From: the human T2T-CHM13v2.0 reference genome, Homo sapiens
Length of the DNA stretch: 64,000 nucleotides
Direction: 5' to 3' (one strand)
Assembly: GCF_009914755.1 (NCBI RefSeq)
Contig: NC_060929.1
The notes beneath the pieces were generated by a model. It was not told the DNA's origin. It made no database searches and worked only from the letters and a program-made list of their open reading frames with translations. Position numbers and translations under genes: made by a program. Shown here one piece after another: positions 27,259-41,697 of this stretch (its first letter is position 1; every line of letters starts with the position of its first letter).

Positions 27259-28914
27259 TTTCTCCTGAAAGGTGGGGGCAAAATCAAGTGATTTTATGAC
27301 TCTCTTGTCTAGCTCCATGAGCTGTAATATTATTGAAGAAATTAGATGAAATAAATTAGACCGAAACTGTAAACAGTTCGTAACTGGCTTAATATTTCAA
27401 CTCTTGGAACACATAAATTCAGATGTACAGTTTGCTAAGCCATGCCTGCAAAAGTTCTGCTGTTGGTAGCCTCCTCCCAGATCTCAAAAATATGCTCTGC
27501 TTCCATTTAGTTCAGCTTTGCTTTATCTGAGTCAACAACGGCAGAAAAAGCTGAAATAGTGTCCCTTCAGCAGCTGAAAGTTCTGCCTGTCTATCCATTC
27601 CCATTATCAAGTCCCTATTTAATTAAGGAAACACTTTCAACGTGGTGTATCTACAAAGCAAAATGCTTTTATAGTGTAAACTTTGGGTTCCTCCATGATT
27701 GATTCTTTATGTGCTTGATTGATGCATGTTGGAGTATTCTGAAACCTGTAAGTCACTCATCAATCCTCTTTTTAGTTTCAAGGGCCCTAGCCTCAGAAAA
27801 CTGCATCAATGTCTTCTGAACGGCCATCAAGCTCAAAGCCCTGCTCGTTTCTTCAGGAAAGCTTATTAACAAATACATTCAGCACAGCTTGCAGGAAGCA
27901 GCAAGTTTCATGTAGAGTACCACGGCGTCATCATGCAAGTGTCTGTCTGAGCATGGCCAGTAAGAGAACTGGTGGTTTCGGTCCATGAAAGAGCTGGGGT
28001 TCCTGGAAGTTTTTGGAATGCCTGGCCACGACATTGGTTGGAGTCTGACTGGGCCCCATGCAGAAAATGCCACACTCTGCTGAGCTGACATCTTTGTGTT
28101 CTGCTAGGAGGCCCAGGAATTCATAAAAGAAAAGAACTAAGGCACTTGAAAATTTCGAAGGTAAAACTGTCACCCGTGCAAATCAAATCAAAATTAATAA
28201 TGTTTTTCTGACTCAATGCAAAAGGCGAAAACACCAATTTAGTTGTTGCTGCGGCTGCTTTTCATGCAGTGCTTTAGAGTTACAGATCCCACATGTGGTT
28301 GAAAACCGGTTACTTTCCTGTTGGCTTAAACTCAAAGGCATTTGTATGTGTGCTAAAAACATTTCTTACTATGCACTGTGTTGGAAGTTCCTTATTCATT
28401 TCTGCTCTTCTATTTAATTGAAATCTGAGGTTAAAGTGGGAAAATTGAAGCAAGACCCTGAGAGGAAGCTTACTAATACAAATGAGTTCTTTATGATATG
28501 AAAACATTACCTTTTGTTTGATTGATGTTTTTTGACACTCAGTGTTTGGGGACATTTTAGTTTTTGAATCACTTTGACTGTGGTCAGGACTGTGCTTGTT
28601 ACCCAGACCAGTGAAAGTAACCATATTGGTTTAAACACTAACAAGATAAACTAGTGAAAGCAGCCATAATAGTTTTAAAGACTAACAGGATAATGGCGTT
28701 TCTTGTTTAGCGGCATAAATTGTGAATGTGTTCCATTAAATTTCCATATGGCATCATGACAATGTAAACACAGACCATCAAGAAGGTCCATAGACTGGCC
28801 ACTGAGAGAACTCTGGGGGCCCATTGTGATGCTCTCTGGCTAGTCCATCGGGGTCTACATGAAAGAACCCGAGTATCTCCAGGGAGTTTCTGTGGGCTCA
28901 GTGATCAGGGGACG

Positions 28915-28975
28915 ATGTAGTGTTCAGGGCTGGGCACATAGTATGTGTTCAATAGATACTTATTTGGATGATTGA
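28915..28975 (+). mobile_element. L2 3' end fragment
   Basis: ggcacatagtatgtgttcaatagatacttatttggatgattg. Confidence 0.6.
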
Positions 28976-31900
28976 GGGTGACCCCACCATGCATTTGGTT
29001 TCTTACAGTGAATCTTAATTTCTCAGATGTCTTTGCTAAGTATATTTGACAAAAATACATAAGAAAAACCTTTGTGTTCTTCGATCTCCAGTGAGATATT
29101 GTTTTTACAATCACAGAGTTTGGTCCATGATCAATCATCTCCTCTCTTCAGATGCCCTACTCATGCCCTTTTCTGTTGCCCCAGGGTGGGTCCCATCTCC
29201 CCTCACTGGCTCCCTGCTTTCTCTGTGTCCCATATGCTTTTATTCGCCTGTCGAAATCCCATCCAACACTACCCAGGCAGGATCCACGGTTGGCCAGAGG
29301 CATGACTGAGAATCAACCTGGATGAACGGTGTCTTCCTGTCAGACGCTGGTGCAGCTGGGAACCCGTCCCTGCCCCCACCCATCAGCTGAGAATGTGAAG
29401 CCGCATCCAGCCCAGCCCCACCCAGGGTGAAAATGCGCCTACCCTCCTCCTGAGAGGCTCTGGGGATGCCCCCACCCGCCTGTGTCCATCAGATGTGCTG
29501 ATGGGCATGAATGGGGTGGAGGGGGGAGTCCCTTGCCTGCTTGCACCTGTCAGCAGAGCTGATGGGCAGGGAAAGGTGGGGGAGGCTCTCTTTCCATCTT
29601 GTCAACCCAGCTGACAGACAAGTGTAAGTGGGCAAGGCCCCTGGCCTCTACAAGTCTGATGGGGGAGTTGTTTGATTGGGGAGTGGATGGGGTTCCGCTT
29701 GCCTGGCAGACTGAGGGGCTGTAAGTGTTGGAGGCAGAAGAGTCTACACAAAGTAGAGTGAGAGGGCTGGGGCTGGTGTGTGTGTGTGCAGGCTCGTGTG
29801 TGTGCACAAACCTTCATTTTTTGAATGTGGAAACGTGGCCCACATCCACACCATGGTATACTCACTGAGCCATGGCGTCTGTGTGATAGAGATTGGGGCA
29901 ATGGTCATCTTTTGTCCAAAATAGTGGGATTTTCACATCAGTGGCTTTTAGAAATAAAAAGGGGGAAGAAAAGACATTATTTGTAAGCTTGATCTTCAAA
30001 TTTGTAAGAAAACTACTTGATAACATTTTTCATATGATAACAAAGCTAGTAAGCTAATTAATTATCTTTTAGTTGGGGAAGAATTTGGTTTCTAAATTCT
30101 CCAGTCGGTGGTTTCAACTTTTTCTTTCTTTGGTTAGAATTCCTTAACCCCAAGAAACATTTAATTTGAGATTTGAGTGCAGATCTTACAGGAAAATTTG
30201 TCTTTGATGAGAAATGCTGTGTTCACTTAGCAGGCTCTCGTGCAATGCTGATATGTTGAAGCCTCCATGTGATCAAGCCTCAGCCACATTTTTATGGAAG
30301 CCGAGCACCAGGGAGGCCCTTCTAGGAAGGAGCTTCATTCCCATCGGAAAGGTTGGCCATGGCACCAGCCTCACACTGGTTGGAAAGGGCTCATTGAGGA
30401 ATCTTTCCAGAGTGTTTCATGACTTAACGTTTCACGGCTGGCTCTGCACAACCTGCGAATAAACAAAAACTAAAACAAAAAAACTACAGTGTCGTAGTGA
30501 CTAATTAGGTAAATACAACACTTTCATTTCATAGAAACTCAAGACATCTGCAATTTGGAGGTAGCAATATGGTCATTTTTATTCAAATCCTGTTTTGTTT
30601 TCATGAAATAAAAATTGCAATGCTGATTTTCACATCTGGGCAGTTGGGTGTCAACAAATCGAGAACAAACTGTCAACCAAGTAAACAATAGAACTTTCAA
30701 TTCTGAAAACTGATTTTGATGAAGAGTAATTTCTTAAAGAAGGATGATCACTCCAAAAATTTCCTGATTATGTTCTGAAATCTTTCAGTAAAAATCATTA
30801 ACAAGATCATACAGTCTCTGTTATTTGTGTGGGAAAATATAACAAGTCAACTATTTGAAGCCAAAATTAACCTATTGTTTGACTGTACAACTCCTTTCAT
30901 CAAAGAATGACACTGAAGATATCAGTGGCACAAACAGAAGAACTGATGAAAAATAAATGCCTTCTCTATACCCTGAAATACACCTGTTATTTCTGTTCAC
31001 AAGTCCTGATTTTATCATCTCAACTTATTAATGAATATAGTATCTAACCAGGCTTTCAGAAGACAAGGAATTTGTGATGTTTTGCAGCTTCTTTTTTTAT
31101 TATTATTTTGAGCTGTACAGTGGCTTTCTTGACTCATCAGCAGACATCCTGCTGGTATGTACATGTGTGCTTTGGTAACATGAATCATCATTTGTTGTAG
31201 TACTTCATTATCAAGTTTGATATTAACAGGTGTGTTAAAGAAATATGTTTCCACTCTACCAAGACAGAGAGGCCTTAGTTAGTACTTGATTCCCCTTTAC
31301 TCACGAGAAACTTAATCCTGTCATCTACACTGGTGTGGCAGGTGCACATGGACAGCCTTGCTGTGGCCTTTTTATTTGGAGTCATGGATTTCTATGTACT
31401 TCCGAGGCTGGGTTTTGCTTCGAGGATAGAATCCAGAAGAAGGAAAGTGAGAGGCATTCTCTGAGTTCCATGGACATTTTCCTTTCCTGCTCTATACTGG
31501 TCATCTTATGCCTAGAGTAGAAGATCCTATTTGGTGAGCTGTACTCAGAAAACACACAAACCAAAAACTTGAAAATAGAAAACATTCCGGGGAGGAACTT
31601 GCAACAGCAAAAGTCTTGAATAGCATTATGAAAAATAGTTGAAGACACTAGAGATATTTAAATGAAGAACTAGACTACTTAGATGGACATTTAAGTATTG
31701 AAGGTTTTCATGTGGGAGATATTAGGTTACAGTCTTGGTAATTTTGGAGACTTGAGTTAGTACCAATCAGTGGGTGAAAGTTACAGTTAACAAGGCAAGG
31801 GTAACAGAATAGACATGATATTCAATAGACAGTTGGCAGAACATCTCTCAGGGATAGTGAAGGAAGAGGAGTTGTTCCTCTGAGTGGGAGTTCAAAGCGA

Positions 31901-32769
31901 GAACTCTAAAACTTTTTTTTCTCCTAAGGGTGCATGATTTAATTGAAGAGCTATTTAGAATACTTCGGGTCAGGATGGAGCCAGAATTTTCCTGTTCATT
32001 ACAGATCATTTGAGCTTTTCCATATTCAGCATCATGAGGTTTGTTTTTAAACAGAATAGAATAGATTTATCAAGTTTTCTCATATTATGTCCCAAGTTGA
32101 TTGCATATTCAGTTTGGGTAGTTATATGTCACCTTGAAGACAACTAGCTAATATGAAAGAAAAATGGAATGAGATTTAAAATGGTAAATTTTGACTGCCT
32201 GATAAATAAATACACCCTAAAGATTCAATAATTCATCACTTTGAGTTATTTATCTCTCTCCAAAGATTTCTGAAATCATTCTTTACTGTTTCGCTTGATT
32301 AATTCTTTGATCTCTGCGATGGAGATCACTTTATCCATGGCCACTGCACAGACTGAGTTATTAAAGGAATAGAGTGGTGATAAACACATTGATGCCAATC
32401 AGTTAAAACTGTAAAAAGGCTGGGTAGGAGGGTGGGAACAACAGATTTTATACTCTTGATGATTTTGAGAGCTGCAACTGCTATACCTTTGTATATTTAT
32501 AAAGCTTAAGTGACTAATTTGCAAGCAAACTGGTCACTAGGGCCATGTTCCCTGCATGCAAGGAGCACGTCTGAATAACATGGGCGAAGCACCTACTTGA
32601 ATTTCTTTAGGGTGATCAGTTGCTAGTTATTTTATTGGGAGATGAATGCAGTATTGATGGTTAAAGTTTTCTGATGGCCCCTAAGGGAAACTATGGGCAT
32701 TGCATATACTTTCAATGAATAGAACTAACTCAAGAAAGTTAATCTTATCCACCCCTACAGAGCCAGAGT

Positions 32770-33105
32770 TTGTAATATGCTCTGACAGGGATGAACCTTG
32801 AAGACAGTGTGCTAAGCAGAACGAGCAAGCTGCACAAGGGCAAGCTCTGTACCATTCCACTGAGATGAGGCATCTAGATTGGCCAGAGTTATAGAATCGA
32901 CGAGAAGAATGGTGGTTACCAGGAGATGAGGGGAACTGGGAAATCGCTGAGCAACAGACATGAAGTTTCAGTTTTACACGCTGAATACATTCTAGACATC
33001 TGCTGCACAACATTATACTCAAAGTTCACAATACTGCACTGTACACTTAAAATGTGTTTGGGAATAGATTTCATGGTAAGTGTTCTGTGCCCAACAAAAA
33101 CAAAG
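32770..33105 (+). mobile_element. L1MB-type 3' end
   Basis: ggatgaaccttgaagac...gaatggtggttaccagg...ctgtacacttaaaat...gtaagtgttct. Confidence 0.8.
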
Positions 33106-34807
33106 TTTGTGTGTTATTGGAACAACTGAATTAAATGCCAACCTTTTTTTAACAAAAACATTCTATGTATGTCTTTTTGCTTTTTACACTCTTCAGATGT
33201 TCTGAACATGGGCCTAAAGCTTCATTTAGGATGGTCGGGGGTTGACTATCTAGACAAAGGTTGGCTAATGCCAGTTACAAAGATCAATTTGAACAAACAA
33301 AAGTCTGAATCATAAACCGGCCTCCTTCAAACCATTTTTTTCTCTTAAATGAGTACAATAGCCTGATAAAACATTTCCAGGCAGAGGAGGTGCTCTTTAA
33401 ATAAAAAGATCAGAATGGTGCATGACTGATATATAACTGTGTAGGTAGGGGGCTCTCTAATGCTTGAAGTTCTGGGTGACCGTTTGGATCTATTGCTTCA
33501 CCCTTGTTACTGCTGATCCGGGATCTGGAAGTCATTCCGGACCTCCAGAGCAGAGGAGTGATCATGGGCTAAGGATCTCTACAGGGCTTCGTGTCCACCC
33601 TTGAAAAGTAAAATCATGCAAATTACCTGAAGTCATAACATTCGGAAGTCGCAGAGGAAGGATATGAAGTCTGTCTTCTCACATCTAGAGCTGACATTCC
33701 CTCTCCCTCCCTCACACCTTCCCTTCCTCCATTCTGCCCATTCTCCCACTGGATCCTATGATGGTTATAGAGAGAAAACTTAGCTTTATCTGCAGCAGCA
33801 CTTCCCAAGTTACAGGAAATTCCCATTCTGGGAAGGAGGGAGGAGGGCCAGGGTCTCCACTGTGGACTGCCCTTGGGGATGCTGGGGGAACAAAGTCACT
33901 TTGGTGTCCTGGGTTTCTTGAGGAGGCTTGGTGAGCTAATCTGCATGACTGGTCTCCCAGGAAGGACTGTGCACGTGGGGCTGCCTGAACTTGTTGGCCC
34001 ATGAAATCCTCTTTTCATGGAATACCTATTAATATCTCAGGACACAGTATGGAAAGCTCTGGTTAACTTTGTTAGTTTGCTTACCAAACCCTTTCTCCAT
34101 AGATAAGGAACGACAAACAGCAACCTTGGTGAAGACAAATTGGTGATATTTTACCCTTCGGACAGTTCTCTTCCAGGGATGTTAATTAAGTAACAACTGC
34201 CATCATTCTCAAAGAGCCCAGGCTTCCCCTCTTTGTGAATCATCCAAAGAAAATAGTCTTTAACAATCCAGTAACTCCAGAAACTACTTCAAAATCTGTT
34301 TGTTCTCCCTGACACCCAAATCTTCATGGAGATTTAAATAGTGATGATAATGATTCTGAGAAGCATTACAGAAGCTAATAAATAATAAAATGAGAACAAA
34401 ATCCAAATTTAACATAAAACCTTCATACATGTCTTTAATCTAGAATTCTGCAAACTTAATTGACCTTAAGTTGTTTTGTTTTGTTATTGAAAATACAGAA
34501 TAACCACCCCATTAGCTGGTTTTCTGGGAGTGCTGTCCTGTAGATGTGAGTTTAAAACATCACTTGGAAGCACAGTTGTCCTAGCCTCCTGTCCTTCATA
34601 TGCTTAAGGAGCTTTAGGCAAGAACAAGGAAGGGGTGTTAGTCTGCAATATGCCTGGAACATGTTAGGAAAATAAAACAAAGGCTGAGATATGATTTAAC
34701 TAACTTTGTTTTAAACTGAGCTGCTATTAAGTTCAGTTTGAAGTCTTTGTTCTATCCCCTTATCTGTTTGTAGCTACTGGAGTCCTGGCTGAAAGAAACC
34801 AGATTCT

Positions 34808-35024
34808 ACAATGAAAACACATGGACACAGGAAGGGGAACATCACACACCGGGGCCTGTTGTGGGGTGGGGGAGGGGGGAGAGATAGCATTAGGAGATAT
34901 ACCTAATGTTAAATGACGAGCTAATGGGTGCAGCACACCAGCATGGCACATGTATACATATGTAACAAACCTGCACGTTGTGCACATGTACCCTGAAACT
35001 TAAAGTATAATAATAAAAAAAAAA
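34808..35024 (+). mobile_element. Young L1PA (about PA3/PA4) 3' end, 5'-truncated
   Basis: G-rich 3'UTR, cttaaagtataataat plus poly-A; TSD aaaccagattct / aaacaggttct. Confidence 0.93.
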
Positions 35025-35859
35025 CAGGTTCTGAATCCATTAATGCACCTTTAACACTCACAACTGAGATGACACTTGAAGTGTGTGGATATTTCTAGGG
35101 GGTATCTGTTCTACTTTACAACATAAAACAATCTTTTTTTAGCATAATGCAGCAAATCAATACTGTCAGATTAGTAACAGCATTGCCATGGATATATTCT
35201 GACATAATTCATATATTTCAATTTCAAAAAATTATTAGTAAAATAGAATATTTATTGGTAATTTAATAGTGTGTTAAAATTTATGGGAAATAGTCTCAAA
35301 AATTACTTCCCTGGATGCTGCCAGTGTAGAACAGCTCTTTTCTTTAATATGTTTGTATAGGGTTAGTAAACATAAACAAGTAAAATCTTTCTTCAACTGG
35401 AGATCTTTATTTTCTCCCTTGGGGTCAAATTTCTCTCACCTTTTTATAGGATTTTGAGGTAATTTCAATTATCAGTACACTCTATGATGTGATTAAGCTT
35501 AATAGATAACAATAGTATATCTATCTGATAGCTAGAATTATATTTTATTATATCAAAATTATTGTTGATATATTACTGTAATTAGGATTAGTATTAGTCC
35601 AAGCCTCCATGGTAAGAAATGAATAATTTCAAATGTACTAATGTGGATATTTTATAATTAATTACTCAATTAAAATAGAAACAGGTTTTCCATATTTATT
35701 TTGAAAGTATAAGCAATATAAAATAATTTATAATTTCCATTCATTTAATTTGTGCTCTCCTCCAAAATTTATAACTATCAAGTAAATACCTTTTACAAAA
35801 AGAACACACATGCAAACTGGGCACCTCCCAGATGTTAGATATTTTGCAAGTATTGTTTT

Positions 35860-35950
35860 TAATAAATGTAAAGTGTGCAGGTTTTTACAGATGAGTAAAC
35901 TGAGGCTTAGAAAGGTGGACAACTGCTAAGAGAGAAGCCGGGATTCCAAG
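35860..35950 (-). mobile_element. MIR fragment
   Basis: ttttacagatgagtaaactgaggcttagaaagg. Confidence 0.7.
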
Positions 35951-35952
35951 CA

Positions 35953-36260
35953 CAGTCATTGCTCAGTATCCTGGGGATTGGCTTCAGGATGCCAAGTTCA
36001 CAGATGCTGAGTCCCTTACGTAAAATGGCATAGTATTTACACAAAGCTATGCACTTCCTCTACATATTTTAAACAATCTCCAGATTACTTGTGAGACTTA
36101 ATGCAATGTAGTGCTAGGTAAATAGTTGTTATGCTGTATTTTTTTTACTTGCATTATTTTTTATTGCTGTATTGTTATTTTTCTTGTTGTTGTTCTAACA
36201 TTTTTTATCTACACTTGGTGGAATCCATGGATGGGGAACCCATGGACTTGGAGGGCTGAT
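35953..36260. mobile_element. MER2 (TcMar-Tigger MITE)
   Basis: cagtcattgctcagtatcctggggattgg...gaatccatggatggggaacccatggacttggagggc. Confidence 0.85.
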
Positions 36261-36889
36261 GATATTTCCAATACTTTCTGTCCTACTGGACCTCCTCAGT
36301 AGGAGTCCCTCAAGTGATAAGTTGCTGTATGAACGGAAAAAACCACAGTAACTGCAGCAGAGTCATGATGGCTAATATTTTAGAATTTAACTTAATGATA
36401 TTATTTTATTTTATAATTACATCAAAATTATGTTATTCCTATTTACATTGTGCCTATAGACTTGAAGACAGTGAGTGTGTTCAGTTGTAGAGTTCTCTCC
36501 TTCTATTGATGAGTATATATTTGATCAGTTTTGCTGAGAAATTACTAGATAAAACATCACTCCACAGGGATCAACATTATAAAATCTCATAAGCAGTAAC
36601 CTTGTCTCCATATACCAATTGTCAGAATCCCACAGCCAACCCAGAGATCTGTCATCAGTATCTGTGTATCCACAAGTATCCATATATGTAGCCTCCCGGT
36701 GGCATTTTCTTGAGGGTGTTCCTTCTGCTTCAACTAAGTCTCACCTGAGTTTCCAGGTCTCCTGTGGGTCCATCATATCACACCTCTTGGTCAGTTCTCC
36801 TCCCTGCAGGTTTCTATAGATAATGGATAAAGGGCCTGTATTCATTATCCCTGAGCCCTCACCCCTCAAACCTACAGGACTTTCAAAAT

Positions 36890-39115
36890 CACCAATGTTT
36901 CTTTTTTTTCTTAGTCCTATATATAAATCTAAAATAAATCAATATATACTCATTATTCTCGTGAAAAAAACGTGCAGAATGGTAATTTTTAAAAGATATC
37001 TTGCCTTATTGTCCATCCATGGAGATCAACCCTGTTAACAGCTTGTGGTAACTATCCTTACGTTGGCATGACCAAGAGGTTGTACAAACACAATAGCACA
37101 CAGAGAAGATTAGTCTGTAGAGAAAAGATGTAATTCCAAACTCATTAGACTGTGGTTAAGTGTTCTTACTTAGCTGCTCTGTGAGTGAGTGAGTGTCTCA
37201 CATCCATGGGCATTTCTCCAGGCCATAACTAAACTCATTCCTGTTAAGAGTTGTACAATATTTCAATGTATGGACAAATACAATTTAGTCACTCAACAGC
37301 TTATCATAGATATTTCTATTGACTCTGATTCACTTTTAACCTCAAAACATGCCACAATATTCTTGTTCAAGTATCCTTATATCTTACTGCTTTTTATATT
37401 TTAATATTTAATGTTCCCAAAAGAAACACTCCTAGAAGAAAAGGCATGCACAGCTTTATTTAAATACTTATAATTTAAACCAAGAATTTAAATTGCTGTT
37501 ACCTCTAGGAGACTCATTTATTTCTAGGCACTGTCATGCATACTGGGCATTATTATGCTTTTAATTTTTTTCTAAACTGATGGGGTTAAAAATGTTGTGC
37601 ATTATTAACTCAACATGCATTTCTCTGACAATGGAGTTCAACATCTTTTTATATGTCTATTATAACTTTTCAAATTGCCTTTTCTATGGATTGAGTCTTT
37701 ACTAAATCATGCTTGTTTGCCTTTTTATCAATTTATAGAATCCTAGTGATGTACACACTTTATTTGTATATGTTGCAAATATTTTTCCAGTACATTGCTT
37801 ATCTGTGACTGTTTTTGTTATCATTTGACATTTAAAAAAATGTATTCAGATAGGTCTTTTATTAGCCTATTTCATAGACTCTTTGCTTTTCAATAATACA
37901 AATTTATCCCGAAGGATTTTCAAATTTTTCATGTTTTTAGAGATTTTTTTAACATTTTATTATGTATATGGAATAAGCAGGAGTTTAGTGTTGTTTTCTT
38001 TTAGATGAATAGCTAATTATGCCAATACCACTCATTAAGCAATCCATGCTCCCCTCCTGAATTGAAATATCCCTTTTGTAGTATATTGTTTCTATATACA
38101 CTCAATTTTATATAGACTTCCTATTACAATCTGTCATGTGAATGTCTTACTTCATTTCATATTAATGGCCTCATTTTTAAATAGGTTAAGACAAGTGCCT
38201 GTTCCCTATACTGATATTTAGAATTATACTGCCCATTCTAAAACATTTGCTTTCCCATATTATTTCAGTCAGATTAAACTAGGCAAAAATGAACCAATTA
38301 ACCTTCAAGTTCTAATGCTTAATTAAACACAAGTGTATATTTTGCTCTTCCAAACTCCCACAAGGGAGTGGATTATTGCAGATCTCCTCCAACTGATGAC
38401 CCAGGGATTGAGATCCCCCAACATGTGGCACCACCACTTCAAAATGCAGCTTTTGAGATAGTCTTGGCAAAAGGAAAGTGCATAGAAAAATTACCTCACT
38501 CTTAAATACAGTTTATTGGCTAAAACTGGTCATGTAGCCTCAATCTAAGAATAGAGCTGATTTTAATATGTAGGTGAGAATGTGAAATATTGCTAGATAG
38601 GATTGTTTCTGCCTCATACCTGGCCTTTTACACCATTTTACTCAGGTCAAAATAAAGTTTCTTCTGATTGTGTCATGTGTATATTACTTGGGAATAATTA
38701 ATATTCTTATAATATTAAACTTTTCTACTCAGGAGAATAATATTTGTAGCTGAATATTTATCTGATCTGTTTTATATTCTTCAATAAGATTTATAGTATA
38801 AATCTTTTATCTTTTTTATTAAGTTGTTATCTAAGTATTTTATAGTTCTAGCTACTTTTGAAACAGGTTAATTTGTTTGCATTTTCATTTCTAACTAATA
38901 TGGAAAGTATAGAGAAAACTATGCTTTTGTATATTTAGCATATTTCCAGCCACCTTACCAAATTTTATTATAAACTGTGGTAATTTTTATTAGTTTCTAA
39001 TTTTTTCTGCTTTTACAATAATATCATCCATAGAAAGAGTTAATGAATTTGTTATTCTCCAGTATATAAGCCAATTATTTTATATTTTATATAATATTTT
39101 TTAGATTATCTTAAA
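36890..39115 (-). mobile_element. Ancient L1M(E) antisense remnant
   Basis: T-rich with L1 ORF2-like motifs (catgcatttctctga, gttgcaaatattttttcc, ccagccaccttaccaaat). Confidence 0.6.
38258..38617 (-). mobile_element. Old MLT1 (I/J-like) LTR nested in L1M
   Basis: gacccaggg...ttattggctaaaactggtcatgtagcc...tctgcctca. Confidence 0.5.
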
Positions 39116-39179
39116 GAATTTTGTGTAATATTGATGTTACCTTTAGATACATCATCTCCAAGAAAAGTGTAGTAGAAAG

Positions 39180-39680
39180 CCTTGGATTCATCTCTATCTT
39201 GCACTCTCCCTCCAAGTCTATATGTAATCTATCAGAAATTTTTAATGATTCTATCCTTTTAATATTTTCCAATTTTTTCCCCCATTCTTCCTTCATACCA
39301 CCACAGTCTTAGGTCATGATTTCATCATTCTAACTTGATTATTACATATCTTTTTCATTGCCCTCTCTAACGCTAATCTAGTCACCTCTGAAGTTGTATT
39401 TTTATTCAAAATCTAATAATGACTCTCATTTTAGAAAAACATTCTATGGCTCCTCATTTTCATTCATTGTTCATTGCTTTTCACAATCTCGTACTTGTCT
39501 GTTTTTGTGGTCATTCTACATTCTAAGCTACAGCATGCCACTGTGGGCATGTTCTTCCTTCAGCACAGAAAGATCTCCCATTCTAACTACATGGATACGT
39601 CCTTTTATGTCATCACACTGATTTTTTCTTGCTTAAATCATGACTTGTTAACTGAAGTTAGACTTTTCTGACACTAGTAC
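39180..39680 (+). mobile_element. L2 fragment
   Basis: C/T-rich L2-like segments (caccacagtcttaggtc, aaacattctatggctcctcatt). Confidence 0.5.
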
Positions 39681-40459
39681 AAAACCCACCATGTTGTCAC
39701 TGTCCCTTTCCATTCCAGTCATTGGAATAATAAGAAGTACAGAGGATGTTAATGCATCTGCACAACACCTGGTTGATGCTTTTATGAACTTCTAAATTAT
39801 TACTACTTGATGCAACAGGTATGTTTCTACATATATGAAGAGATTGAAGTAACTGCTGAACTGAAAGAGGTCAAGAAAATGTTATATTCTGTCATTAAAG
39901 GAGCAAGACTATGTGACAGATTAGTAGAGTAAATTATTCTTTGTTAACTAGTTCTTAAATTTTGTTGTATTTTATTTCCATTTTTAAAGGAGATAGTAAT
40001 GAAACAATTCATAGACTTAATATTCTTACCAAACAAAGAGAAAGAAAAGCCTAGTAGACTCAGCCAAGTTTGCAAAGCAGATATTGTTCATTCTGCACCA
40101 TTCAATTTTTCAGACATACCCTGTCTTGTGCTTCCCCCAGTCTCCTTTTGTTCTCTTTGTTTGCAGTTTTCAGCAAATACTTTAATATGACTATGATTCT
40201 TTTTTAAAAAAAATACGGTTATCTTCTCCAGTTTTTAATATATTAAGCCTCTGTGAGAATTCAAGTTAAGGGATGTCTTTCAGGAATTCACTGCATAAGA
40301 ACCATAAACTTTAAAGGTATTGCACACGTAAACTGACCCTTATTCTGATCTTAAGGAGGAACCACCAAGAATGGGTCTCTTAACTAACTACTAGAGTAAA
40401 GAAAGCAATGATACAAGTTATCAGTAATCATTTACTATTTGTTTATCAAACTTCAAAGT

Positions 40460-40914
40460 TTCAGAGATTCTCTCCTTTAAAAAAAACTTTAGTCAGGCTC
40501 CTCTGAGTCCTTTGTTTCACTAAGCTCATACTTAAGCTTCTCTTCTTGTTTCTGCAGAACTCAATTTGAGCAAGAATCCTGCACAATTGGTTAAGGGAAA
40601 ATTCCTACCCTTGATATCTGACCACATTTGACATCTGATCACCCTGGCCTGCCTTCAGCAATGATCCTATCAAGTCAGTTTAGCTAGAATCCCCTTATCC
40701 CGGATGTTTCTTTCAGTAATTTTCCATGCACTGACCCCCACCCTGATCCTTGGTTATAACCCTCGACTTCTTCTCGTTGGCATTGGATTTGAGTCCAATC
40801 TCTCTCCCCCACTGCAAGACCCCAGTGGTTCCTACATCAATCAACATGACCGAATTTAAATAAAGTCTGCCTTCCCATCTTTAGCAAGTACCATGAATAA
40901 TTTTTTCTCTAACA
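40460..40914 (+). mobile_element. MER31-type ERV1 solo LTR
   Basis: aactttagtcaggctcctctgag...aataaagtctgcctt...tgaataattttttctctaaca. Confidence 0.8.
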
Positions 40915-41519
40915 AAGGTCAAAGGAAAGCATGGATTTCTGGAGAGCTGTCCCTTTTTTCCTCCTTAGTAGCTTTACCTTTAGATCCTTTGATAATAGCT
41001 GTCTTGAAACCAGTTTGCAAGACTTTCCCCTGCCCTACTTCCTTCTGTTCTCCTCTTCTCTTTCCCTCCTGTTTTCCTTCATGATGCTCCTGTGTTTTCA
41101 CAAAATCACCAGAAGATGAGCAGAATCACAAGCATGATGAAGAATGGGAGCTCACGTTGGGGAAGCAAGTCAATGAAGCCATGCCTTTGTTTCCACAGCA
41201 CAGCAACAGACTCCTCGTGTAAGATGAGTATGTAACCCTCTGCCACAAGGCATGATCACCTGTTTTAACTGGGAGGTCAAGTTCACCAGAAGCCCCACTA
41301 ACTTAAGTACAATACTTGATAACTATAACTTCACTTTCATAGCCTCGGTGTTCCTTGTATCCTCCTCTGAAAGAAACATGTCACTCAACAGGGAGATCTG
41401 ACTTAAGACATGTTTGGCTCCTCACTGTAACTTTGGTAAAGTTATCTAGCTTTTAAAAATCAATTTGCATAGTTTTTCACTGCTTGCTAGATGAACAATT
41501 AGAGGCATGCTATGCCTCT

Positions 41520-41697
41520 ACCGATGCTATTTTTATTTAAAACAGGGATATTTTGTTCATCATGGATTTGGTTGTGCTAATTTGACTTTTTAAAATGTTG
41601 CACCAAAATTTTATTTACCTTGATTACTGATTTTGGTCCCTCCTTAAAATTTCCCCATGACTAGTGCCTCATACACCTCACCCCAATCCCAGCCCTC
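41520..41697. mobile_element. MER91-like hAT-Tip100 MITE
   Basis: ttaccttgattactga...agtgcctcatacacctcaccccaatcccagccct. Confidence 0.6.

Noticed and set aside
30600-31000. A-rich stretch that looks faintly like decayed coding or transposase sequence
   Set aside because: No sustained frame or recognisable motif; would need a translated search to support
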